This document shows positions 31,642 through 45,900 of a stretch of DNA of 64,000 nucleotides, in pieces. Origin of the DNA: the human T2T-CHM13v2.0 reference genome, Homo sapiens; assembly GCF_009914755.1 (NCBI RefSeq), contig NC_060933.1, one strand, 5' to 3'. Numbering within the stretch: the stretch's first letter is position 1; each line of letters begins with the position of its first letter. A program made the translations under genes and the position numbers. The notes under the pieces are model-generated. The model saw only the letters and a list, made by a program, of their open reading frames with translations. It made no database searches and was not told where the DNA came from.

Positions 31642-32720
31642 TGTGATGTATTAGCTAGTATGCCGGTTAAGCCTCCTACTGTGAAAAGGAAAATGAATCC
31701 TAGGGCTCAGAATATTTCGGGAGATTGTTTGATGTAATCACTGTGCAGTGTAGCTAATCAGCTAAAGACCTTGAAGCCAGTAGGGATAGCAATAATTATG
31801 GTAGCAGAGGTGAATTATGCCCGTGTGTCTATGTCTGTTCCTACCGTAAATATATGGTGAGCCCATACGATAAATCCTAAGAAACCAATTGATATCATGG
31901 CTCATAGTATGCCCATATCCAAATGATTCCTGTTTTCCAGAAAATACGTTACGATGTGGGAGATTATCCTGAAGCCTGGTAGGATAAGGATATGGACTTC
32001 AGGGTGACCAAAGAATCAGAATAAATGTTGGTACAAGATAGGGTCACACCCGCCAGCGGGGTCAAAAAAAGTAGTGTTGAGGTTACCGTCAGTTAACAGT
32101 ATAGTAATGCCGGCGGCTGGGTCTGGGAGGGAAAGAGTAGAAGGACTGCCATAATGGACTGATCAGACGAAAAGGGGTGTGTGATACTGAGATAAGGCTG
32201 GGGGTTTTATGTTAATAATTGTGGTAATGAAGTTAATGGCCCCTAAAATAGACGAAACACCTGCCAAGTGGAGGGAGAAGATGGTCAGATACACAGAGGC
32301 TCCTAAATGTGCTAGGTTTCCTGCTAAAGGGGGATAAAGTGTTCAGCCGGTTCCAGCGCAGGCTTCTACTATTGAGGATGCAAGTAGGAGTAGAAAAGAT
32401 TGGGGGAGAAGTCAGAAGCTCATATTATTTATCTCGGGGAATGCCATATTGGGTGCACCAATTACCAGAGGGACTAGCCAGTTGCCGAAACCCCCAATCA
32501 TGATTGGTATTACCATAAAAAAGATTATAACGGATGTGAGGGCGGTAACAATAACATTGTAGATCTGATCATCTCCTAGCAGAGTTCCCGGCTGGCCTAA
32601 TTCTGCTCGAATTAGAAGGCTTAAGGCGGTGCCTGCTATCCCTGCCTATGCGGCAAATAGCAGGTATAGTGTTCCGGTATCTTTGTGGTTAGTTGAAAAC
32701 AATCAACGATTGATGAACAT
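31642..32720 (-). pseudogene. COI pseudogene (5' ~1080 nt)
   Basis: ATG at 32720; MFINRWFSTNHKD-like start with frameshift; HLFWFFGHPEV region near 32000-32030; ends near GGLTG. Confidence 0.95.
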
Positions 32721-32734
32721 AAGTGGGGAAAAAA

Positions 32735-32798
32735 GGTAAAATGGCTGAGTAAGCATTAGACTATAAATCTAAAGACAGAGGTCAAGGCCTTTTTACCA
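32735..32798 (+). pseudogene. mt-tRNA-Tyr pseudogene
   Basis: GGTAAAATGGCTGAG...TTTTTACCA; anticodon GTA mutated to ATA. Confidence 0.9.
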
Positions 32799-32864
32799 GC
32801 CCTGAGGTGATTTCTCATGTTGAATTGCAAATTCAAAGGAGCATCTTCAGTCCTGCAGGAGCTT
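32798..32864 (+). pseudogene. mt-tRNA-Cys pseudogene
   Basis: TTGAATTGCAAATTCAA anticodon arm (GCA). Confidence 0.9.
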
Positions 32865-32896
32865 CTCCGGCCTTTCTCCCCCAACGGTGGGAGAAG
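32862..32896. other. Mitochondrial light-strand origin (OL) stem-loop relic
   Basis: CTTCTCCGGCC...GGTGGGAGAAG between Cys and Asn; stem imperfect. Confidence 0.85.
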
Positions 32897-32969
32897 GAGA
32901 TTGAAGCCAGTTGATGAGGGTGTTTAGCTGTTAACTGCATTTTCGTGGGTTTGAATTCCATCAATCTAG
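32897..32969 (+). pseudogene. mt-tRNA-Asn pseudogene
   Basis: AGATTGAAGCCAGTTGAT...TAGCTGTTAACT (GTT)...CAATCTAG. Confidence 0.9.
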
Positions 32970-32970
32970 C

Positions 32971-33039
32971 AAGGGCTTAGCTTAATTAAAGTGGTTGATT
33001 TGTGTTCAATTGATGCAGAACAGAGTCTTGCAGTCCTTA
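32971..33039 (+). pseudogene. mt-tRNA-Ala pseudogene
   Basis: AAGGGCTTAGCTTAATTAAAG...GCAGTCCTTA; anticodon TGC mutated to TGT. Confidence 0.9.
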
Positions 33040-33048
33040 GATCTGTTA

Positions 33049-33116
33049 TAGAAATTAAGTGTAATTTACTTACTAAGGGCGTTGAAGGCCCTTCGTCTTA
33101 TTTAACCTAAATTTCT
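33049..33116 (-). pseudogene. mt-tRNA-Trp pseudogene
   Basis: Reverse: AGAAATTTAGGTTAAAT...GCCTTCAA (TCA)...TTAATTTCT. Confidence 0.9.
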
Positions 33117-34053
33117 AAGTTACAGTTAGTATTAATGGAGAGATGGGTAAGAGGATGTCAGAAGAGATGACAAGTTGGGGGAAGAGTACTATGGGTTTTG
33201 TATTTTCGAATTGTCATTTTATTTTCATATTATTAGTTGTGGGGAATAGTGTCACTGAGATGGAATAAATTAGGTTTATGTAAAAGTACAGGTTGAGTAG
33301 GGTTATGGTAGCTATAATGGTTGGGGTAATAAGGCTGTTGCTTTTTGTCAATTCTTGGATGATGATTCATTTAGGCAGGAACTCTGTTAATGGAGGTAAA
33401 CCTCCTAGGGATAGTAAAATTAGTGGAATTATAGGTAGCAACCATGTTAATTTGTTTCAGGTGTAAGATAGTGACAGGCTTGTGGTGCTTACACTCAGGT
33501 TGAGTGTAAGTAAAATTATTTACTTTAAGATAAAGTAAATAATCAGGTTTAGAATGGTAATGTTTGGATTATAGATTAGTACTGCTATTATTCAACTTAT
33601 GTGAGTGATTGAGGAGTAAGCTAGGAATTTACGCAGATGTATTTGGTTACGTCCTCCTCAACCGCCCACTATAATGGATAGGATTGTGGTAGATAAGAGA
33701 ATGTTCGTGTTTGTTGATGGGAAAATTTGAAACATAATCAAGATAGAGGCTAGTTTTTGTCATGTGAGGAGAAGTATGCCAGACATTAGAGAGGTTCCTT
33801 GGGTTACCTCTGGGACTCAGAAGTGAAAGGGGGCTATTCCTAGTTTTATTACTATGGCCATTAGTATTAAGGATGAAAATTGATGAATAGTGTTTATTAT
33901 TGTTCATTGTCTGGAGGACAGGTTATTGGAAAGGATACCTATCATGAGAATTATAGATGTGGTTGCTTCTGTAAGGAAATATTTGGTGGCTGCTTCTGTA
34001 GAGCAGGGATTTTTTTTTTTTTTATTAAGATCGGGGTAAGGGCTAGTACGTTT
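33117..34053 (-). pseudogene. ND2 pseudogene (lacks first ~35 codons)
   Basis: [10 protein letters not shown] near 33975-34003, APFHFWVPEV near 33803-33835, LSLGGLPPL near 33388-33415. Confidence 0.95.
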
Positions 34054-35207
34054 GACAAATATTGGCTTATTTGAACTCAAGTAAAATATTCCCTCCTCTA
34101 ATATTCAGCTGCCATCCTTGGGATGACTTAACTAATTGTTCAACAGGCTTGCCCTGTTAGGCTGTGACTATCTAGCCAAAAAAAATCTTATCAAAAAAAA
34201 AAAAATGTTTAGTTCTTGCTGGGAGAACACAGTCTTTATGACTATGCCAAGGGCAGTGACCTGGTATTACTTTTTGCAGAATGTTAATTAAGATAGCCCA
34301 TGGATACAATAAAAAAAATTCATACAATTTACAGTCATTGTAGACATGACTTAAAAGTTCATTTCTCTAAGTACATGTTTCTTTGTAAGAGTATAACTCT
34401 AAAATAATATTTCTACTGTATATTGGACATAGGAGTATGATATGAATTAGTGTAACTCATGATGAATTAACAGCCCAGGGAAATTTTCACTTCAAGCTTC
34501 CCCTGATAAGCATCTAAGCTTTGTAGGTAGAGACAAAACAATTTTTCATGAACTGAACGTTATGATGAATTTCTTTTAACTTAGCTTTTATACCTGTGTA
34601 ATTATTCTACCATTTTAACACACCTAAGGTTAAAGATCTGTTTGCAGGACCTGAGACAATGTTAGAGGACATAAACTTACAATGAGTCCAACTAAATGGG
34701 CTTTGTGATGTTTGTAATACTTAAAGGGGAATACAATACAAAAAAATTTTAAAAACCATTTTCTATTAAAATATAAATGTAATAGCTTTGTGAGGATTAT
34801 ACTTATGATCAGGGTTAGGTCTGAGCAAACTTTCGATGTGATTTTCTAGTGTACTCTCTTCCATTCTTTTGGTTTACCTTTTTTCAGATTTCTCCTATAT
34901 CCTTTAGTTAATCTCTCTCACTACCAAAAGATGACAGGTTTTTTATGCTGTTCATAGGTGACCGGGAGTTTTTTACTTCTGTGCCCCCCCATAGGAGACA
35001 TTGTCTCAGGCTCTGAAACTTCAGCTTTCCCTCATCCCCAGAATCTTTTACTGGTCTCAGGAAACTGGTAATTTAATTTGAAGAAAGGTTTACTCCTTTT
35101 AGATAATGTTTATATCTTAACATTTGTCTTTAACTCTGATTAATAGAACTTCAGATGTTGTAGCAAATTGTTAGAGTCTTGCTTTGAATGCATTACTGTG
35201 GTGCCTA

Positions 35208-36488
35208 TTCATTATTATTGTATTGTTGATATATAATTTACATACCATACAATTCTTACTTTTGAAGTGTAGAATTCAGTGGTTTTTAGTATATTCACTA
35301 AGTTTTCATCCCCACTCTATAATTCTGAGACATTTTCATCACCCTAAAAAGAAACCCTATGCCCTTTAGCAGTCTCTCTCTTTTCCCTGCTTCTCTCATT
35401 CCTTAGCAAATACTAGTCTATTTTCTGTCTCAATAGATTTGCCTACTCTGGACATTTTGTGTAAATAGACTCGTACATTATATGACCTTTTGTGCCTGGT
35501 TTCTTTCCCATAGCAAGCACAGTGTTTTCAAGATTTATACATGTCATGGCATGTATCCATACTTTATTCTTTTGAATGCCTGAATAATATTCCACTGCAC
35601 AGGCATATATATTTGTTTCTCTATTCATTATTTGGGTGCATTATTTGTATTGTTTCCATTTCAATATGGCTACCATAAATACTACTGCTATGAACATTCA
35701 TGTACAATAATTTTGTGAACATAATTTACCATTTGGAGAGGTACATACCCACAAGTGAAATACCAGGAACTGGATTATATAGTCCATCACTGTTTAGGTT
35801 TCTAGGAACTATACAACTGTTTTCCAAAGACTTCCAACTTATCCATATAATCATCAAGACTTATTATATTTTTAATTTAGCCACATTAGTAGCTGTAAAA
35901 TTGAACTTCATTATTGTTTTGTTTTTCATTAACCTAATGATATTGAGCATCTTTTCATGTGCTTGTTGACCATTTGCATATCTTCTTTGTAGACATATCT
36001 ATTCAAGTGCTATGACCAGATTTAAATTAGGCTGCCTTTTAAAATTTATGTTGTGATAGTTCTTTATATATCCTTGCTACTAGATTCTATCAGGTATATG
36101 ATTGGCAAATATTTTCTTTCAGTCTGTGGATTATCTTCTCATTGTCTTAATGGTAATCTCTAAAACACAAATGTTTTTAATTTTGATTAAATCCAGTTAA
36201 TTATCTTTTGTCACATTCTTGTACTTTTTGGTGTCTTATCTAAGAAATCATTGTCTTATCCAAGTTAATGAAGATTTATGCCTACATTTTCTATTAGAGT
36301 TTTATAATTTTTACTATTACATTTAAATTTTTTATTTATTTTGAATTAATCTTCATATGTGGTTTGAAGTAAAAGTTTAATTTTATTCTTTTACAGGTGG
36401 ATACCAAGTTGTCCTTGCATAATTTATGTAAGACTTTTCTTTCCCCATTGATTTGCTTTGGCACCATAGTCAGGAATTAATTAACCAT
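35208..36488 (-). mobile_element. L1MB-like 3' segment (ORF2 end and 3' UTR)
   Basis: GATATATAATTTACATACCATACAATT...GACATTTTCATCACCCTAAAAAGAAACCCT...GATTTGCCTACTCTGGACATTT. Confidence 0.85.
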
Positions 36489-36492
36489 CAGC

Positions 36493-39400
36493 AGAGGATT
36501 CTGGGAAGATGGCAAAGTAGGAAGCACCCAGAATCGGTCTTCTTACCCAGCCAACAATTGCACTGGCATAATCTGCTGATGTAACTATTTGACAGTGGTC
36601 CCCAATCTTTTTGGCACCAGGGGCTGGTTTCATGGAAGACAATTTTTCCACAGACCAGGGTGGGGGATGGTTTCAGGATAACCCGATCACATTATGTTTA
36701 TGGTACACTTTATTTCTATTATTATTACATTGTAATATATAATGAAATAAGTAGACAGCTCACTACAATGTTGAATCAGTAGGAGCCCTAAGCCTGTTTC
36801 TCAGCAACTAGATTGTTCCATCTGGGAGTGACAGGATACAATGATAGATCATCAGGCATTAGATTATCATAAGGAATGCACAAACTAGATCCCTTGCATG
36901 CACAGTTCACAGTAGGGTTCAAGCTCCCATATGAATTTAATACCACTGCTGCTCTGACAGGATGTGGAGCACAGGTGACAATGCTTGTTTGCTGGCCACT
37001 CACCTCCTGCTGGGCAGCCCTGTTCCTAACAGGCCACGATGATTGAGGACCTCTACTATTTTGGATCTCTAGAGTCTACCGAAGGTTCGAAACTTCCATA
37101 GGAAGTCTCAGAGAGTAAATTGTGGATACTTTTGGTAAATTTCAGCTCTTAGCACAGTAGCAGATATAAATTTCCCACCTCTCAGCTATGCAGCAGGTAG
37201 TGGTGCACATATTCTTGGAGCAACTTGCATACAACTTGTGGGAGCCAGGGTAAGCATAAAAGATCCTGTTCCACAAATACTAGGGATCTGATCTCTGCTC
37301 ACTGATTGCTGCTTGTGAACACAGAGGGGAAAGGAATTAGTGGCTATGTTGATGTACCTTCCCACATTGCTGCAAGTCATCCCCCCCAAGCTGAAGTCAC
37401 TCTCAGTAATTTAAAGGACTTATTCCCTTCCTCCTTGATTTTTTTCTTCTTCCCTTTTGGGTGTCAGACATTAAAGACTAGGACATTCAAAACAGCTGCA
37501 TATGCAGAGAAAGTTAGAACATGACTGCACATGTCTAGGGAAAGGCTCAGAAATGACGTAAGAAGACTTAAGACTGATCCTTGGCATATGGACAGCCTAC
37601 AACAATCAAGAAATAACAATAAAAACAACAACAACAAAAGAACAAATCCTAGGGAAGGAGGATAATTTGATTTCCAGAGTTACTACATATTAGATTTAGA
37701 TATCCAGTTTGCAACAACAACAACAACAACAACAACAACAAAATATTACAAAGAAACAAAAAAGTACGGACCACTTAAAGGAAAAAAAAACAAATCCAAA
37801 GAAACTGTCCCTGAAAAAGACATGATGGGAAATATATTAGACAAAGACTTTAAACAACTGTCTTAAAAATACTCAAAGAACTAAAGAAATATGTGGAGAA
37901 AGTCAAAGAAATAATATATGGACAAAATGGAAATATAAATAGATACAAAACCTAAAAATAAACCAAAAAGAAATTCTGGAGCTGAAAAGTACAATAACTG
38001 AAATTTTAAAATTCACTAGAGAGATTCAAAGACAGATCTGAGCAGACAGAATAAAGAATCTGCAAAGTTGATGATAGGACAATAGAAATTGCCAAGTCTG
38101 AGGAATAAAAGGAATAAAAAAAGATTGAAGAAATGTAAACAGAGCCTGAGCAACCTGTGGGACACCATCAGTGGACCAACGTATGCATTTTTAGGGCCCT
38201 AGGAGGAGAAGAGAGAAAGAAAGCATCAGAGAAAATATTTGAACAAATAATGGCTGAAAATTTTCTAAGTTGTTGAAAAATACAAATATAAGTATCTGAG
38301 AAGCTGAATGAATTCCAAGTGTGATGAACTGAATAAAGCCCACACTGAGATATATTATAATCAAACTTTTGAAAGCCAATCAGAAAAAGATAATCTTAAA
38401 AGCAGCAAGAGAGAAGCAACTTGTCACATACATGGGATCCTCAGTAAGAATACAAGCAATTTTGTCATCAGAAACTTTAGATGCCAGAAGGCAGTGGGCT
38501 GATTTGTTAAAAATGCTAAAAGAGAAAAAAAAATGTCAATAAAGAATTCTATATTTGGCAATACTGACCTTGAAAAGTGTGGGTGAAATTAAGACATTCC
38601 CAGAAAACAAAGGCTGTGAGAGTTTGTTACCATTAGAGCTGCCTTGCGGGAAAAATGCTCAAGGGATTCCAGCAGGGTGACATGCAAGGATACCAGACAG
38701 AAAATCAAAGATGTATGAAGATATAAAGACCTCAGTGAAGATAAATTCATGGACAATAATAAAAGCTAGAATATTAGAACAATAGTTTATAGCTTCACTT
38801 TTTCTTGTCTACATAACTGAAAGTAATACATTTAAAAATTATTAATCTGAAAGCTAGTAGTATTATTGTAACTTTACATGGAATCCACATTTTGTTTTTA
38901 CATAATTTAAGAGACTAATACATTTTAAATAATTATTAGCTTGTGTTTTCACACACACAGTGTATAAAGATGTAATTTTATGATGCCAACAACCACACAA
39001 GGTAGGGATTTAGTTGTAAAGGAGCAGAGTTTTATATGTTACTGAATTTAAGCTGGCACAAATTCAAATTAGAGTGTTATAACTTTAGGATGTGAAAGAT
39101 AATCCCCATGCTACCCACAAAGAAAATAGCTATGGACTATACACAGAAAGAAATAAAAAAAGAATTTAAGCATCTCATTACAAAAAAATCGACTAAGTAA
39201 AAAAGGAGACAATAATACAGGAAGATACAAAAAGCTATAAAGCATATAAAAAATAATTAGCAAAATGACAGAAGTCCCTTCACATATGTAACTACTTTAA
39301 ATGTAAATGGATTAATATCTTCAGTCAAAAGACAGAGATTAGCAGAAGGTATAAAAACACATGATCCAACTATCTACTGTGCACAAGAAACTTAGATCCA

Positions 39401-40623
39401 AAGACACAAATAGGTTGAAAGTGAAAGAATTTTAAAAAATTATATAATAATATTAACCAAAAGACAGCAGGGATGTCATAACTAATATTAGAAATAAAAT
39501 AGATGTTTTATCAGTAAATATTTATAACAAAGAATTAAATTATACATTAATAAAAGGGTTGATACAGCAAGGAGATGCAACAATTATAAACATTTACACA
39601 GCTAAAAAGAGACCATAAAATATATAAACAAAAAACCAGCAGAATTAAAAAGAGAAATAGACAATTCTAAAATAATATTTGAAGACCTTAATGCCTACTC
39701 TCAGTAATAGATAGAACAACCAAACAGAAGATCAGTAGAGAAATAGAGGATTTAAACAATACAATAAACCAAGTAGATTTAACACACATATATGGAACTT
39801 TCTACCCAATAACAATAGCATATACATTATTCTCAACTGAACATAGCACACTTTTCAGAAGAGACCATATGGTAGACCAAAAATTAAGTCTCAATGGATT
39901 TAAAAGAAAAATGTCAAAGTATCTTCCATGACCACAGGAAATGAAGTTATAATAGGCAACAGAACTTCAATATTCACAAATTTGTGAAAATTAAACAACA
40001 AACTCAACTACTGGATCAACAAAATTTACAGGAGAAGTTAAAAAATACGTAGAGATGAATGAAAAAAATATGCAACATACTAAAACTTACAGGATGCAGC
40101 AAAAGCATTGCTAAAGGACAAATTTATACCTATGAAGACATTAAAAAGAAGAAAGATCTCAAATCAAAAATCTAATGTTACAACTGAAAGAACTAGAAAA
40201 AAAAAACAAACTAAACCCAAAAGAAGCAAAAGAAGGAAATAAAAAAGATTATGTCATAGATAAATGAAATAGGTAATAGAAAGACAATAGAGAGAAACAA
40301 ACAAAAAATTGGTAATTTGAAAAGGTTAACAAAATTGGCAATCCTTTAGATAGATGGGTTAGAAAAAAACGAGAAAAGACTTGAATTTATTAATATCAGA
40401 AATGAAAGCGGAAGCATTATGACCAACTTTACAAAAACAAAAAGGATTATATAAGGATACAGTTGAAAATTACTTGCTAACAAATTAGATAACCTAGATG
40501 AAATGAACAAATTCTAACACCAAACTCACTCAGGATAAATCACAAAGAAATAAAACAACTAAATAGATTAGTAAGGAGATTGCATCAATAATCAAATGTC
40601 TCCCAACAAAGAAAAGCCCTTGA
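36493..40623 (+). mobile_element. L1MB/L1M4-like 5' UTR, ORF1 relic (~37800-38700) and ORF2 endonuclease region (from ~39270)
   Basis: GGAAGATGGCAAAGTAGGAAGCACC 5' end; ACTTTAAATGTAAATGGATTA (TLNVNGL); decayed throughout. Confidence 0.85.
36593..37055. mobile_element. MER1A-like hAT-Charlie element in the L1 5' UTR
   Basis: TIRs CAGTGGTCCCCAATC / GATTGAGGACCTCTA; ~8-bp TSD CTATTTGA/CTATTTTG. Confidence 0.88.
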
Positions 40624-41490
40624 TCAAAGCACACCACATCAAGGGAACACCATGTGAGAAAAAAAAAACCTCAACAGAAGCCCTTGAGTCCCAGATCTGT
40701 CTTCTGACATAGTCTACCCAAATGGGAAGGAACCAGAAAAACAATTCTGGTAATATGACAAAACAAGGTTTTTTAACACCCCTAAAAGATCACACTATCT
40801 CACCAGCAATGAATCCAAACCAAGACAAAATCTCTTAGTTGCCAGAAAAAGGATTCAGACAGTTATTAGTCTACTCAAGGAGGCACCAGAGAAAGGTGAA
40901 AACCAACTTAAAGAAATTAAAAAAAAAATACAGGAGATGGATGAAAAAAATCCCCAGAGAAATAGCATAAATAAAAAACAATCACAACTTCTGGAAATGA
41001 AACACACTTCGGGAAATGGAAAATACCCTGGAAAGTTTCAATAGAATTGAACAGGTAGAAGAAAGAAGTGCAGAGCTCAAAGACAAGGCTTTCTAATTAG
41101 CCCAATCCAACAAAGACAAGGAAGAAAGAATACAAAACAATGAACAAAGCATCCAAAAAGTTTGGGATTATGTTGAACAACCAAACTTAATAAATGGTGT
41201 TCCTAAGAAAGAAGAGAAATCTAAAGTTTGGAAAACTTATTGGGGAAATAATTAAGGAACACTTCGCTGGTCTTGCTAGAGACGTAGACATCCAAATACA
41301 AGAAGCTAAAAGAACACCCGAGAAATTCATTGCAAAAATATTATCACCTAAGCACATAGTCATCAGGTTATCTAAAATCAAGATGAAGGAAAGAATATTA
41401 AGATCTGTGAGGCCAAAGCACCAGGTAACCTATAAAGGAAAACCTATGTGATTAACAGATTTCTCAGCAGAAACCCTACAAGCTAGATGG

Positions 41491-41571
41491 GATTGGGCTC
41501 CTATCTTTAGCCTCCTTAAACAAAACAGTTAGATTGAGCTCCTACCTTTAGCCTCCTTAAAAAAACAGTTA
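41491..41571 (+). repeat. 41-bp tandem duplication within L1PB ORF1
   Basis: GATTGRGCTCCTAYCTTTAGCCTCCTTAAA(C)AAAACAGTTA twice. Confidence 0.9.
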
Positions 41572-43957
41572 TTAGCAAAGAATTGTGTATCCAGCAAAAC
41601 TAAGCTTCCTAAATGCAAGAAAGAAGAAGTCTTTTTCAGACAAAAGCTGAGAGAATTCACCACTACCAAGTCAGCACTACAAGAACTGCTAAAATGAGTT
41701 CTAAATCTTGAAGCAAAACCTCAAAATACAACAAAACGCAACCTCCTTAAAGGATAAATCTCACAGGACCTACAAAACAATCATAGAATGAAAATACAAA
41801 CAAACAAGGTATTCAAGCAACAACTAGCACAATGAATAGAGCAGTACCTCACATCTCAGTACTAACCTTGACTGTAAATGACCTAAATGCTCCACTAACA
41901 ACATACAGAATGGTAGAATGGATAAGAATTCACCAACCAAGTGTCTGCTGTCTTCAAGAGACTCACCTAACACATAAGGACTCACATAAACTTAAGGCAA
42001 ATGGGTGGAAATAGATATTCCATGAAAATGGACACCAAAAATGAGGAGTAGTTATCCTTAAATCAGATAAAAATAGACTTTAAAGCAACAATGGTTAAAG
42101 AAGACAAAGAGGGACATTATATAATGATAAAAGGCCTTGTCCAACAGGAAAATTTCACAATCCTAAATATATATGCACCTAACACTGGAGCTCCCAAATT
42201 TATGAAACAATTACTATGAGATCTGAGAAATCAGATAGACAGCAAAACAATAATAGTGAGGGACTTCAACACTCCACTGACAACACTGGACAGGTCATCA
42301 AGACACAAAGTCAACAGAGAAACAATGAACTTTAACTATATCCTAGAACAAATGAACCTAACGGATATTTACAGAAAATTCTACCCAACAACTACAGGAT
42401 ATGCATTTTATTCATCAGCAAATGGAACATTCTCCAAGATAGACCATATGATAGGCCGCAAAACAAGACTCAATAAATTTTAGAAAATAGAAATTATAGC
42501 AAGTACTCTCTCAGACCATAGTGAAATAAAACTGGAAATCAACTCCAAGAGGGACCCTGAAAAACATGCGAACACATGTAAACTAAATAACCTGCTCCTG
42601 GATGATCATTGGGTCAACAATGAAATCAAAATGAACATTAAAAATTTTTTTTGAACTGAATGATAATAGTGACAATACTTATCAAAACCTCTGGGATACA
42701 GCAACAGTGCTAAGAAGAAAGTTCATAGCCTTAAAGGCCTACATCAGAAAGTCTAAAAGAGTACAAATTGACAATCTAATGTCACACCTCAAGGAACTAG
42801 AGAAACAAGAACAAACCTAACCAAAACCCAGCAGAAGAAGAGAAATAACAAAGATCAGAGCAGAACTAAATGAAATTAAAACAAAAATAACAATACAAAA
42901 GATAAGTGAAACAATAAGCTGGTTCTTTGAAAAGATAAACAAAATTGATAGACCATTAGTGAGATTAATCCAGAAAAGAAGAAAGAAGATCCAAATAAGC
43001 TCAATTAGCAATGAAATGAGAGATATTACAACCAATACCACAGAAATAGAAAAGATCATTCAAGGCTACTATGAATACCTTTACATGCACAAACTAGAAA
43101 ACCCAGAGGAGATGGATAAATTCCTGGGAATATACAACTGTCCTAGATTAAACTCGGAAGATATAGAAACTCTAAACAGACCAATAACAAGCAGTGAGAC
43201 TGAAACTGTAATTTTAAAAATGCCAACCAAAAAAGGTCAGGACTAGATTGACTCACAGCTGAATTATATCAGACATTCAAGGAAGAATTGGTACCAATCC
43301 TATTGAAACTATTCCAAAGGCTAGAGAAAGAGGAAGTCCTCCCTAAATTATCCTGTGACACCAGTATTGCCTTAATACCAAAACCAGGAGAGTACATAAT
43401 GAAGAAAACTACAGACCAATATCCCTGATGAAAACAGATGCAAAAATACTCAACAAACTACTAGCTAACAGAATCCAACAGCATATCAAAAAGATAATAC
43501 CCCATGATCGAGTGGGTGACATGCCAAGGATGCAGGGATGGTTTAACTTATTCAACTCAATAAATGTGATACACCACATAAACAGAATTAATAACAAAAA
43601 TCACATGATCATCTCAATAGACGCAAAAAGCAAACATTTGACAAAATCTAGCATCGCTTTATGATTAAAACCCTCAGCAAAATAAGCATATAAGGGACAT
43701 ATCTTAAGGTAATAAAAGCCATCTATGTCAAACCCACAGCCAACATTATATTGAGTGGGGAAAAGTTAAAACATTTCCTCTGAAAACTGGAACAAGACAA
43801 GAATGCCCACTTTCACCACTTCTATTCAACATAGCACTGGATGTCCTATCCAGAGCAATCAGATAAGAGAAAAAAATAAAGGACATCCAAATCGGTAAAG
43901 AATAAGTCAAACTGTTGCTGTTCACTGACGACATGATCGTATACCTAGAAAACCCTA

Positions 43958-44278
<321 letters not shown>

Positions 44279-45818
44279 TCATCCAAAAAGCTCCTAAATC
44301 TGATAAATGAGTTCAATAAAGTTTCAGGATATAAAATCAATGTATACAAATCAGTAACACCTATACACAAACAGTGATCAGCCGAGAATCAAATAAAAAA
44401 CTCAACCCCTTTTACAATAGCTGCAAAAACAATTAAAATACTTAGGAATACACCTAACAAGTAGGTGAAAGACCTCTACAAGGAAAACCACAAAACACTG
44501 CTGAAAGAAGTCATAGATGGCACAAACAAATGGAAACACATCCCATGCTCATGGATGGGTAGAATCAATATTGTGAAAATGACCATACTGCGAAATGCAA
44601 TCTACAAATGCAATGCAATTCCCATCAAATACCATCATCATTCTTTACAGAACTAGAAAAAACATTTCTAAACTTCATATGGAACAAAAAGAGAGCCCAC
44701 ATAGCCAAAGTAAGACTAAGCAAAAAGAACAAATCTGGAGGCATCACATTACCCGACTTCAAACTATACTATAAGGCTATAGTCACCAAAACATGATGGT
44801 ACTGGTATAAAAATAGGCACATAGACTAATGGAACACAATAGAGAACTCAGAAATAAAGCCAAATACTTACAGCCAACTGATCTTCGACAAAGTAAACAA
44901 AAACATAAAGTAGGGAAAGGATACCCTACTCAACAAATGGTGCTGGAATAAATGGCAAGCCCCATGTAGAAGAATGAAACTGGATCCTCATCTCTTACCT
45001 GATAAAAAAATGAACTCGAGATGGATCAAAGACTTAAATCTAAGATGAAAGCCATGAAAATTCTATAAGATAACATCAGAAAAACACTTACAAACATCAG
45101 CTTAGGCAAAGACCTCATGACCAAGAACCCAAAAGCAAATGCAACAAAAACAAAGATAAATAGATGAGACTTAATTAAACTTAAAAGCTTCTGTACAGCA
45201 AAAGAAACAATCAGCAGAGTAAACAGGCAACCCACAGAGTGGGAGGAAATCTTCACAAATTATGCATCCAGCAAAGGACTAAATTTAGAATCTATAAGTA
45301 ACTTAAACAAATCAGAAAAAAAAAATCCTATCAAAAAGTGGGCTAAGGACATGAACAGAAACTTCTCAAAAGAAGATACACAAATGGCCAACAAACATAT
45401 GAAAAAATGCCCAATATCACTAATGATCAGGGAAATGCAAATCAAAACCACAATGCAATACCAACTTACACCTGCAAGAATGGTCATAATTTAAAAATAA
45501 AAAAAAATTATAGATGTTGGCATGGATGTGGTGAAAAAGGAACACTTTTGCACTCCTGGTGATAATGTGAACTAACACAGCCATTATGGAAAACAGTATA
45601 GAGGTTTCTTAAAGAACCTAAATTAGATCTACTATTTGATCCAGCAATCCCACTACTGGGTATCAACCCAGAGGAAAATAAGTCATTATATGAAAAAAAA
45701 AAAAAAAAAAAACACACACACATACACACACATGTTTATAGCAGCACAATTTGCAATTGCAAAAATATGGAACCAGCACAAATGCCCATCAATCAATGAG
45801 TGGATAAAGAAAATGTGA

Positions 45819-45862
45819 TATATCTATATATACACACACACATATACATATACATATATATG

Positions 45863-45899
<37 letters not shown>
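45819..45899. repeat. Compound (TA)/(CA) microsatellite
   Basis: Read directly. Confidence 0.95.

Positions 45900-45900
<1 letters not shown>

Larger units (their letters stand above)
31639..34056 (-). other. NUMT, ~2.4 kb, colinear partial ND2 - WANCY tRNAs - OL - partial COI
   Basis: Mitochondrial gene order and length conserved; roughly m.4570-6990 by codon counting. Confidence 0.97.

Noticed and set aside
32735-33116. Functional tRNA cluster
   Set aside because: Mitochondrial-type tRNAs inside a NUMT, two with mutated anticodons.
34010-34023. T14 as a retrotransposition poly-A tail
   Set aside because: It is internal to ND2, an expanded native A tract with ~30 nt more mitochondrial sequence beyond it.
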